A DNA stretch of 54,262 nucleotides from an uncultured Bacilli bacterium (lineage in GTDB: Bacteria; Bacillota_I; Bacilli_A; RF39; UBA660), in assembly GCA_944371445.1 (NCBI GenBank), contig CALVXR010000094.1, positions 1 to 54,262 of the forward strand, read 5' to 3'. The translations under genes were made by a program, and so were the position numbers. Positions 9,592 through 17,698 of this stretch are shown piece by piece. The notes beneath the pieces were generated by a model. That model did no database searches. It was given only the letters and a program-made list of their open reading frames with translations, and was not told the DNA's origin. Position 1 is the first letter of the stretch, and each line of letters begins with the position of its first letter.

Positions 9592-10071
9592 CTAAGTTCT
9601 AAATTTATATATTCTTTCTGTTTCTGAATAAACAGGAATTGCTAAATACTGGTTAAACATTGGAATATCCATATAAATGTATGTAACAACTCCATATGTA
9701 AAATAATTATCTTTGTCTTTTGGAAATTCATATATGCAGTATCTAAAATTTTGATTTCCATTACTACTATATGCTTTTGTCATAAGTCTACCTGTTTCAG
9801 TTTTTCCATCTTTTGTAGTATGAGTCCTTGTAGTTTTACATTTAGATGCTCCATTATTATCAATTCTGTAACCAAAAGTTGTTAAAAAATTGTTTATCTC
9901 TTTATATGCCAAATCATTATATCCTTCATGGTTTTCAATCGCATTTTCTATACCACTATTAACTTTAAATGCTCTCATATAATTCATTATTGCTGCTATA
10001 AACACAAATGTTAAAATTAAAAATATAATTATAAAATTTAACAAAAATGTAGTACCTATACTCTGTTTCAT
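9592..10071 (-). CDS. Prepilin-like membrane-anchored protein, paralog B
   Basis: 159 aa. Leader MKQSIG plus a hydrophobic helix, with the same conserved blocks and Cys pair as paralog A. RBS AAGGAG. Confidence 0.5.
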   Translation of the reverse strand: MKQSIGTTFLLNFIIIFLILTFVFIAAIMNYMRAFKVNSGIENAIENHEGYNDLAYKEINNFLTTFGYRIDNNGASKCKTTRTHTTKDGKTETGRLMTKAYSSNGNQNFRYCIYEFPKDKDNYFTYGVVTYIYMDIPMFNQYLAIPVYSETERIYKFRT

Positions 10072-10080
10072 TATAACTCC

Positions 10081-10866
10081 TTATAATTGCATCATTGACA
10101 TCATAGAGATTAATAAAAGGACTAGAATTCCACAACCTGTTGTACATAACATCATCATTGTTTTATTTTCCATTTTTTCTAATCTCTCCTTATATTTTTG
10201 TTCACGAGCTTTATTTTGTAGTGATGAAACAGTTCTAGCAAACATCATCAATTGCTCTTGTTTATTTTCTTGTGATCCTAAACCTAAACGATATAATAAA
10301 CGCATCATACGCATTGAATCACGTACTGGATATTCTTTAGCAAAATCCATATATGGATCAACAGATGAGTCACCTGCTTCTATTTTTGCGATTAATTTTT
10401 TTAATCCTGGAACAAAAATTTTTGGAGCAGTTGCTATAGAACGATTTATAGCAACTGGAACTGTATAATGCTGTACTAAAATCTCTAGACTCTTTAAATA
10501 ATAAGGTAACATTTGATTTATTGTATGTAAATTTTTCTTATAAAAAGATTGTAAATCCATATATTCTAACTTAAATACAACAAATCCAATTATTATAGCA
10601 ACTAAAACAGTAATAAAATTTAAATTTGACATTGAAAATACAAATAAAGATACAACTATTGCCAATAACCCATTAGTTATTCTCTTATTAAAACTAACAT
10701 TTATATCTTTTGATTCACCATATTTTAAACTAAACAAAAATTTATAATCGTCTTCCATTAAAAATTTAAATAATGGTTCAACATCTTGAATAAATTTTTT
10801 AGCATCTATATTTTTATTGTAAATTAATATGAAAAGTGTAATTACTAATATTACTATAAATTCCAT
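10081..10866 (-). CDS. TadC-like platform protein (single T2SSF-type domain)
   Basis: 261 aa. TM helices flank a cytoplasmic helical domain. Its start overlaps the upstream stop (TAATG). It lies next to the CpaF-like ATPase and a second such protein, as TadB/TadC do. Confidence 0.65.
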   Translation of the reverse strand: MEFIVILVITLFILIYNKNIDAKKFIQDVEPLFKFLMEDDYKFLFSLKYGESKDINVSFNKRITNGLLAIVVSLFVFSMSNLNFITVLVAIIIGFVVFKLEYMDLQSFYKKNLHTINQMLPYYLKSLEILVQHYTVPVAINRSIATAPKIFVPGLKKLIAKIEAGDSSVDPYMDFAKEYPVRDSMRMMRLLYRLGLGSQENKQEQLMMFARTVSSLQNKAREQKYKERLEKMENKTMMMLCTTGCGILVLLLISMMSMMQL

Positions 10867-11771
10867 TATTCAGCACCTACATTCTCATTATAATATTTTT
10901 CACCATTTAATAAAAATCCAGTATTAATAATTATGATTAGGTGTAATATAACTTGTATATACCAACTTTTTAACATATTTATATATGTATCTACTCCAAG
11001 TAAAAATTGAACTAACATAACCATTAAATACAATACTATACCAAATTGTAAGAATTTTTTATGGAAAGTAGCTCTATCTACTCTATCACGATATACATTT
11101 TCAACAAGCATATCTATATCTTGTGACATATTTTCAAGGGCTTCTCCTGCATCCCTTGAACCCTCATTAGTAATTTGAGTAAATAATTGATGCATATTTT
11201 TTACAATATAAAAGTCATATTTATTATTCATATAAGAAATTGATTCATCAATAGATCCATTTTCATATGCTAAATCAATCATAACTTTTACATCACTACG
11301 TACAGGATCTTCCAAAACACCTGACTCATAAACTCCTTCTAGAGATTTTACAAATGATTGAGTAGTAGCAAATTCCATTATAGTATTAGTAGTATATATT
11401 TGTATTTGCTCAAATATATATTCACTATAAATTCTTTTACATCTAAGATAAGTTAAATATGGAATTACAAGAATAGATATAAACATATAAACAATAGAAA
11501 TAATAAGATTATAAAAATATAGATAAGTTATGATAAAAGCACCTATAGAAAATACACAAATTTGAATTGTATATTGTTTTTTCGTATATTCCTGTCCTAG
11601 TTCTTTTACTTTTTTCCTTATTTCTTTATATGAATAAGGCATATATTTTTCGTATAAAAATGATGTTTTTCCAGAAACATACTTATATACACTTTCACCT
11701 TTACTACTTCTTGATGCCCATATAAAGATAATTATCAAAATTATTAACAATAACACTATAAAATCTAACAT
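10866..11771 (-). CDS. TadB-like platform protein (single T2SSF-type domain)
   Basis: 301 aa. N-terminal TM, two central TM helices, a helical cytoplasmic domain (..NEGSRDAGEALENMSQDI..) and C-terminal TM helices. RBS AGAGGTGA. Confidence 0.65.
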   Translation of the reverse strand: MLDFIVLLLIILIIIFIWASRSSKGESVYKYVSGKTSFLYEKYMPYSYKEIRKKVKELGQEYTKKQYTIQICVFSIGAFIITYLYFYNLIISIVYMFISILVIPYLTYLRCKRIYSEYIFEQIQIYTTNTIMEFATTQSFVKSLEGVYESGVLEDPVRSDVKVMIDLAYENGSIDESISYMNNKYDFYIVKNMHQLFTQITNEGSRDAGEALENMSQDIDMLVENVYRDRVDRATFHKKFLQFGIVLYLMVMLVQFLLGVDTYINMLKSWYIQVILHLIIIINTGFLLNGEKYYNENVGAE

Positions 11772-11788
11772 AACATCACCTCTTATCT

Positions 11789-13204
11789 TTAATATTTATC
11801 ACTACTATCATTGTACATTGAAATATTGGTATTATTCACTTTATTAAAAATTTGATTATTATTAACTCCTATATTTTCTTGATTTGTCGGTATATTCTGT
11901 TTTTTTTCTAAATCTTGATTATTGTATAAATTATTCATAGGGATTGGTTGTTTATTTTGTACTTGAATATTTTGATTATTGTATAAGTTATTAGCAGGAA
12001 TTGATTGTCTACTTTGTGTTTGAATATTTAAACTACTATTATTTTGATTATTTGAAGTAGCTAAATCGTTATTCAAGAAAATATTATTAATTACAGGATT
12101 ATCTTTTTGTAAATTAACTTCTTGTGCAACAGAAGATACTTTTGTTTCTGATTCATTAATAAGATTTTCTGGCAAAACAACACCTTGTGCATCTAAATAA
12201 TCTATTAAATATTTAGATGGTTTTTTTCTTGTGACATGCCCTGTTGTTGTCTTTCTATAAATGACATTATACTCAGCTTTGTTATCTTCTGTAACATAAA
12301 ATTCTGTTACTTCTGCTATTTCTCTTCTAAATCTTTTTGTCTCTTTATCTTGATATCCTCTTATATATACACCTAATTGAACATATCTATAAATTGATTT
12401 TAAAAACTGGTCTATTTCTTGATTTGTCTCCAACAAACTATACATACGATTAGGTATAGAAGCAGCCTTATCAGCATGAATAGTTGATAAAATATAGTGA
12501 CCTGATGAAATTGAGTTTCTAACTGCTAAAACTGCCTCAGCACTACGAACTTCCGAAAGTAAAATCCATTTAGGATTTTGTCTCATACATGTTACTAAAA
12601 CCTCAGAATATGATGCTATATTATTAGTTTTCATTGTAACTATATCTCTATGTGGAAAAATTTTATCTAAATGAAGTTCAAGAGTATCTTCTATAGTTAT
12701 TATTTTTTCATTTTCTTTTGTATGAGCAGCTAAATATTTTATAAATTCTGTTTTTCCTGAACCAGTTTCACCACAGGCAATTATATTACAATGTCCTTGT
12801 ACACAATATATCAAAAAATCATGTATATCAAGATCAATATATTTATCTGCTAAAAGTTTATCTTTTTCTAGTCTTATTTTTGCTGGTGTTTTACGTATAA
12901 CAACTGCTATACCATTACGTGCAATAGATTCATGAACAAAATTAAGACGAAGTTCATCACCTTCGGCATCCAAAAATGGCTGAGCCATATTGAATGCCTT
13001 CCCCATAACATTTGAACATTGAAAAGCTAATTTTTCCATGAATGAATTGTTTATTTTTTCATCTTCTATTCTATATAAGCCTCTTGATAGTGTTTTAATC
13101 CAAACTTGTCCACCATTACTATATGAAATATCGGTTACATCATCATTTTCTAAATATGGTTTTAATGCCCCAAAATCTATTTGGGCAAACATTCCATCAT
13201 TCAT
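11789..13204 (-). CDS. CpaF/TadA-family (VirB11-like) secretion ATPase with an Asn/Gln-rich C-terminal tail
   Basis: 471 aa. Contains VTDISYSNGGQVWI, VIRK, Walker A GETGSGKT, ITIEDT.EL, MRQNP..ILLSEVRS.EA and GH..LSTIHA. The last ~110 aa are low-complexity N/Q-rich. Confidence 0.88.
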   Translation of the reverse strand: MNDGMFAQIDFGALKPYLENDDVTDISYSNGGQVWIKTLSRGLYRIEDEKINNSFMEKLAFQCSNVMGKAFNMAQPFLDAEGDELRLNFVHESIARNGIAVVIRKTPAKIRLEKDKLLADKYIDLDIHDFLIYCVQGHCNIIACGETGSGKTEFIKYLAAHTKENEKIITIEDTLELHLDKIFPHRDIVTMKTNNIASYSEVLVTCMRQNPKWILLSEVRSAEAVLAVRNSISSGHYILSTIHADKAASIPNRMYSLLETNQEIDQFLKSIYRYVQLGVYIRGYQDKETKRFRREIAEVTEFYVTEDNKAEYNVIYRKTTTGHVTRKKPSKYLIDYLDAQGVVLPENLINESETKVSSVAQEVNLQKDNPVINNIFLNNDLATSNNQNNSSLNIQTQSRQSIPANNLYNNQNIQVQNKQPIPMNNLYNNQDLEKKQNIPTNQENIGVNNNQIFNKVNNTNISMYNDSSDKY

Positions 13205-13209
13205 AAAGC

Positions 13210-14061
13210 TTAATTTACCTTTTCTACTGAATTATTATTTAATAAATTATCTTTTTGCATTTCTTCTTCTGCTTTTATTTCATCATTAGGTACTGTTTTA
13301 GCATTTATAAAGTCTTGTAATGTTTGTGAACTTACTATTGTTGCATTTTCTTCTTCTTCAGCATCTAAACTTGTTCCGTGTGGAACTGGAAATAATTCCA
13401 CTGAATAGCTTGATAAATAGCTTGCTTTTCTAAGTAAAATATTCATATTTTGATCTAATGCGAATATTAAGAACGCAGGTATTCTACTTTCAGTAGTATT
13501 TTCAAAAACATGTTTTCCTTCTGCATCCTTTACGGCTAATACTTTTACATTTTCAAGTAATTTACCAACCATAATTTGTCCAGCATCATTTTCAGCTTTC
13601 ATATATAAGTCTATATAATTTCCTGGGAATATTGAATTTCCATAAGTAGAATCTAAAGTTACTGGGAAATTATATGGTACTTTACCTTCTGGAATATCAA
13701 CAAAAGCTGCATCTGGTAAATCATCTTCTGTTATAACTGCTTCACGATAAAACATACTTCCTTTTGGTATAATTGTATTATAATTACTATACTTTCCAAC
13801 TACTGCTGCAGCTGTTGTATATACATTATTAGGCACTGCTTTGCTAGCCATATCTATATATGTTATTAAATCATCTGTAATTTTTGTTCTTGGTTGAATA
13901 GTCTCAGCTGCTACGGGAATATTTGGAACAGGTTCAATTGCATTATTTACTTGAATTTTATAACCAATGAACAGTACAGCAACTATTGCTACTACTCCTA
14001 AAATTGTAACTGTATTTTTATTTTTAAATAACCTTTTTAAAGACATTTGTAAATTTTTCAT
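13210..14061 (-). CDS. CpaB-like Flp-pilus assembly protein (N-terminal anchor, SAF/RcpC-like domains)
   Basis: 283 aa. TM anchor, then VPVAAETIQPRTKITDDL...VGKY....IPKG and ...PGNYIDLYM...VKVLAV. This layout is typical of CpaB, with an acidic tail. Confidence 0.7.
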   Translation of the reverse strand: MKNLQMSLKRLFKNKNTVTILGVVAIVAVLFIGYKIQVNNAIEPVPNIPVAAETIQPRTKITDDLITYIDMASKAVPNNVYTTAAAVVGKYSNYNTIIPKGSMFYREAVITEDDLPDAAFVDIPEGKVPYNFPVTLDSTYGNSIFPGNYIDLYMKAENDAGQIMVGKLLENVKVLAVKDAEGKHVFENTTESRIPAFLIFALDQNMNILLRKASYLSSYSVELFPVPHGTSLDAEEEENATIVSSQTLQDFINAKTVPNDEIKAEEEMQKDNLLNNNSVEKVN

Positions 14062-14085
14062 ATAATCCTCTCCTTTTTATCTTTA

Positions 14086-14499
14086 TTAATATGGTGTTTC
14101 TAAAATTGCATCTAATTTATTTGATAATTGAACCTCTACTACTTCTTTTCCCTGTTCTTTAGAAACATTTGATTTAACTTTTGTTCTCACCTCTAAACTA
14201 ACTTTAGGTGGTGTCTCATTTACATCATAAATACTAATTTCATATGTATTACTTAAAGAAGCACTTTCAGCAAATCTTCTTACAAAATTCTCTACGAATT
14301 TTTCTCGATTAATTTTAATAACACCACTTTGTCTATATGCATTTAAATCTACTGCATCATACATAGCTGCTTCTGTTACTTCTCTAACCAATGTATAATT
14401 CTGTTCACTTGTATTAGTAAGAGTTTGAAAAAAGAATATAAATGCAATTGCGGTAACACCTATTGTTATTATTAGTATTCCCCAAAACGACTCTTTCAT
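14086..14499 (-). CDS. Prepilin-like small membrane-anchored protein (third member)
   Basis: 137 aa. Leader MKESFWG followed by a hydrophobic helix, then a soluble ~100-aa domain. RBS AAGGAGAG. Confidence 0.45.
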   Translation of the reverse strand: MKESFWGILIITIGVTAIAFIFFFQTLTNTSEQNYTLVREVTEAAMYDAVDLNAYRQSGVIKINREKFVENFVRRFAESASLSNTYEISIYDVNETPPKVSLEVRTKVKSNVSKEQGKEVVEVQLSNKLDAILETPY

Positions 14500-14513
14500 T
14501 TAAACTCTCCTTT

Positions 14514-16958
14514 CTAATAACGGCATCCTTCAAATTCACTTCCTGTTTTTTGATAACATGCACTAGCATTTTTATCAACACCGTAAGCACCTGAAGGGTC
14601 TTTTAAAAATTCACTTAAACATTCTGAACCATCTTTTTGACCATTGATATTTTTTCCATAGCATTTTAAATTAAAATCTTGATATCCACCATATTTTAAT
14701 CTTGAACGATTATAGTTTATAATTGCTCTAGTATTTGCTGGTGTTAAGACAATTTTATATAATGGCTCTTTCTTACTATATACATCCTGTGGATTACTTA
14801 AACCTCTGTTATTCAATATTTTAGCTTTTACTAAATCTCTACTATTCCAATTTGCACCCGGATATCTACCATTTACATCTAAGTTAAATCCTGTAATTCC
14901 TGCTTTTAAATCTTTACTAGGAAATGGATTTCTAAGTGAAATAGTTCTATATATGATATTTAAATTTCCCCCTTCTGGATTTTCTCCAGATGGGCAAACA
15001 ATATCTTTACAATAATTTATAGCTTGTGATTCAGAAAAACCTTTTGCAATCATTTCTTCAACACATCCTGTAATATCCATCCATTCTGTAGTACCATCAT
15101 CTTTATTTCTTGGGCACTCATATTCTGGAGGATTTCCAGTACAATATTTATCAACACAACTTTGATATGTATTTCCTGCATTAACACATTTTTCAACACT
15201 TATATGTTGATAAGGTTCAGGACAATATTTAGGTTTATCTTCACATATTAAATCAGTTGGATCTAATGTTACATCATTACAATATTTTTCAATTTCTGTT
15301 GGACAATTTTCTCCGCCACTATTTGCTACTTTACACCATAAATCTTCTCCTGCATGTTCTGTTCCAGGTGGACAAATACATGGAGCTGGTTTATCATTGG
15401 TTACTTCGTAATTACATACATAATCTGATAAAGCATCATTTGCTACAGAATTAAATATTCCTTTTGAACCAATTTTAAAATCATATAATTGCATTGTTTT
15501 TTTACCAGTAATAGTTTCATTTAGTGATACAGGTAAAATTCCGTTATTGTATGTTATTATATCTTCATCATTTCCAGTTTTCTTACTAGAATATTTTTTA
15601 GTTGATGTATTGTAATATCTATATAATTCATCTGGTAATTTTAATGACACTTTTCTTTCAGCAATTAGATCTTCATCATATTTGTATCCTGTTAGATTGT
15701 AATATTCGTCTTTAGTATATACATGACCTGTAGAACTTTTAATATCTAGTGTTTCACTATCAAATTTGTATTCTTTGTCATTATATTTTATTTTAATATT
15801 TGTTTCAAAATTATCATATAATTCATCTATATTAGGAGTATATCCTCCACAAGAATTACCAACTTTTGTACATAACCTTCTACCAACTATATTTAACTGA
15901 TGTTTATCATTTATTGAAGTTCCAAATGATGGCCATATAAAATATCTACCTACATTTACAGCTGGAAGAACATTACCTGGAAGTTCCATCTCTACAGTTT
16001 CTCTACAATATATTTTACAATCAGAATTTACTTGTTTAACTAATCTTCCATATTGACTAGCATTTTCTACTTTTTCCCCAGAATCACAGTCTGTCTTTTC
16101 AAAAGTCTCGTAAAAATTTATTTTGTTTCCTTTGTTAGTATTTGTACATTTAAGTTGTCCTGGATTTGCTTTTGTAACAAATTTGTAACAACTATTAAAA
16201 ATTTTCTCTGGTGGGTTTATAATATTATAACCATAACCATGTCTTTGATCTGCTATTAAACTAACATCATTTGTTTGATTTTTTTGATGTGCAGTAATTC
16301 CTATATCATCTAAATCTGTACTTAATAATGTACTTTGATTTGCCCATCGATCTGGGTTTGAAGTACCACCATACTTTCTAAATACTTCTTTTATGGTCAT
16401 AAGTTTAAGCGCACCTGTTTTTGGTAAAGCAAACTGCCATATTGGCTCAATCAAAAACCTATAACCTTGACTATTATAATTTATTTTAGAATCAGATGGT
16501 AAAGTTAAAGAGGCAGGATTTACACCCATATCATCTAATAGCTCAAGTGAGTGTTCTTTTCCATCTTTTCCTGTATAATACTCTTTTAACCATGCATCAT
16601 CATAATAACATGGTTCATATGGTCCAGCTTTATCTTTTTTACAGGTATTTATATTTAAATTATAAATTACCTTATTACCACTTTTTTCAAGTAAATCTTT
16701 ATATTTAGTACTATTAACTATATATACAGGGTTACCAATCTTATTCCAATTAGTTCCATCATAGTAAATTAGCTCTATTTGTACAGCAGTAAAATGTGTA
16801 TTATCCCACGTACATGGATATTTAAATCTGGGACTACATGTACCTACACCTGGAACAGATCCTCCTCCGGTTCCATTATAATCTGCTTTTACTATTTCAA
16901 TATTAAAAGCACAAAATGTAATTAACATTACAAATACAATTTTAAAGTAATTTTTCAA
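14514..16958 (-). CDS. Large secreted cysteine-rich protein of unknown function
   Basis: The longest ORF starts with GTG at 16967. A TTG at 16958, 8 nt after GGAGG, is the likelier start and gives a Sec signal peptide MKNYFKIVFVMLITFCAFNIEIVKA. About 30 Cys in the mature protein, no C-terminal anchor, no family recognised. Confidence 0.75.
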   Translation of the reverse strand: MKNYFKIVFVMLITFCAFNIEIVKADYNGTGGGSVPGVGTCSPRFKYPCTWDNTHFTAVQIELIYYDGTNWNKIGNPVYIVNSTKYKDLLEKSGNKVIYNLNINTCKKDKAGPYEPCYYDDAWLKEYYTGKDGKEHSLELLDDMGVNPASLTLPSDSKINYNSQGYRFLIEPIWQFALPKTGALKLMTIKEVFRKYGGTSNPDRWANQSTLLSTDLDDIGITAHQKNQTNDVSLIADQRHGYGYNIINPPEKIFNSCYKFVTKANPGQLKCTNTNKGNKINFYETFEKTDCDSGEKVENASQYGRLVKQVNSDCKIYCRETVEMELPGNVLPAVNVGRYFIWPSFGTSINDKHQLNIVGRRLCTKVGNSCGGYTPNIDELYDNFETNIKIKYNDKEYKFDSETLDIKSSTGHVYTKDEYYNLTGYKYDEDLIAERKVSLKLPDELYRYYNTSTKKYSSKKTGNDEDIITYNNGILPVSLNETITGKKTMQLYDFKIGSKGIFNSVANDALSDYVCNYEVTNDKPAPCICPPGTEHAGEDLWCKVANSGGENCPTEIEKYCNDVTLDPTDLICEDKPKYCPEPYQHISVEKCVNAGNTYQSCVDKYCTGNPPEYECPRNKDDGTTEWMDITGCVEEMIAKGFSESQAINYCKDIVCPSGENPEGGNLNIIYRTISLRNPFPSKDLKAGITGFNLDVNGRYPGANWNSRDLVKAKILNNRGLSNPQDVYSKKEPLYKIVLTPANTRAIINYNRSRLKYGGYQDFNLKCYGKNINGQKDGSECLSEFLKDPSGAYGVDKNASACYQKTGSEFEGCRY

Positions 16959-17004
16959 ATGGTTCACCTCCCAATTATAACCATTAGTCTAATACCTTTA
17001 CACT

Positions 17005-17023
17005 ATTATAACACATTATACCA
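17005..17023 (-). promoter_or_regulatory. Possible internal promoter: two tandem extended -10 elements upstream of the Cys-rich gene
   Basis: The - strand reads TGGTATAAT (17023-17015) and TGTTATAAT (17013-17005), in the only sizeable intra-operon gap (16968-17050). Confidence 0.35.
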
Positions 17024-17050
17024 TTTTTTTTCATTTTTTTCACTATAACT

Positions 17051-17689
17051 TTAAAACAATGAACTTTCTTTTTTTCTTTTCCAAATAATAAAGGAAATTA
17101 GACTAATTATAAATAATGGCAATATTATATAATAATAATTTAAATAGAATCTAAATAATTTATCATAAAACCCTAATTGTTCTTCTTTTTTATTATTTTC
17201 TTCATTATCTTTAAGGCTATTTTTATAATCTTCTACTAATTTAACTATCTCTTCCGCACTATAATTATATTTTGTCCATTTTTGACAAAATTTTTGTTCT
17301 TCTAAACCATTACAAATGGGATCTTTATACCATTTATTATATCCTGGAAACGTAAAATATTTAGATAATACATTACTTCCAGAGCAAGCTGGTAAATTTG
17401 AATAAAATTTAAATCTATAACTTTCATTTGGATTATATCCATACAATATGATTTCACTTGAAGAATAATAATATACATTTCCACTTCGTAAATCTTTAAA
17501 ATATAATAAAGGAGATAAATTAGAAATTATTAAATTATATTTTTCAGTATTTTCATCAAATATTGGTGTAAATTTTACATTACTTGCAAGTTTATTCATT
17601 TTCACTATTTCCTGATCTGTGCAAGATGCACTTACAGCATTAGGAAAAATAAATAACAAACATAGTAAAATAATTAATTTCTTTTTCAT
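17051..17689 (-). CDS. Secreted, C-terminally anchored protein of unknown function
   Basis: 212 aa. Signal peptide MKKKLIILLCLLFIFPNAVSA, five Cys after the signal-peptide region, and a C-terminal TM helix followed by KRKKE. RBS AGGAGGA. Confidence 0.7.
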   Translation of the reverse strand: MKKKLIILLCLLFIFPNAVSASCTDQEIVKMNKLASNVKFTPIFDENTEKYNLIISNLSPLLYFKDLRSGNVYYYSSSEIILYGYNPNESYRFKFYSNLPACSGSNVLSKYFTFPGYNKWYKDPICNGLEEQKFCQKWTKYNYSAEEIVKLVEDYKNSLKDNEENNKKEEQLGFYDKLFRFYLNYYYIILPLFIISLISFIIWKRKKESSLF

Positions 17690-17698
17690 ATTCTCCTC

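Noticed and set aside
9965-10147. 60-aa ORFs on the - strand in alternative frames, here and at 17302-17484.
   Set aside because: They are out-of-frame overlaps with longer ORFs that have RBSs and paralog or architecture support.
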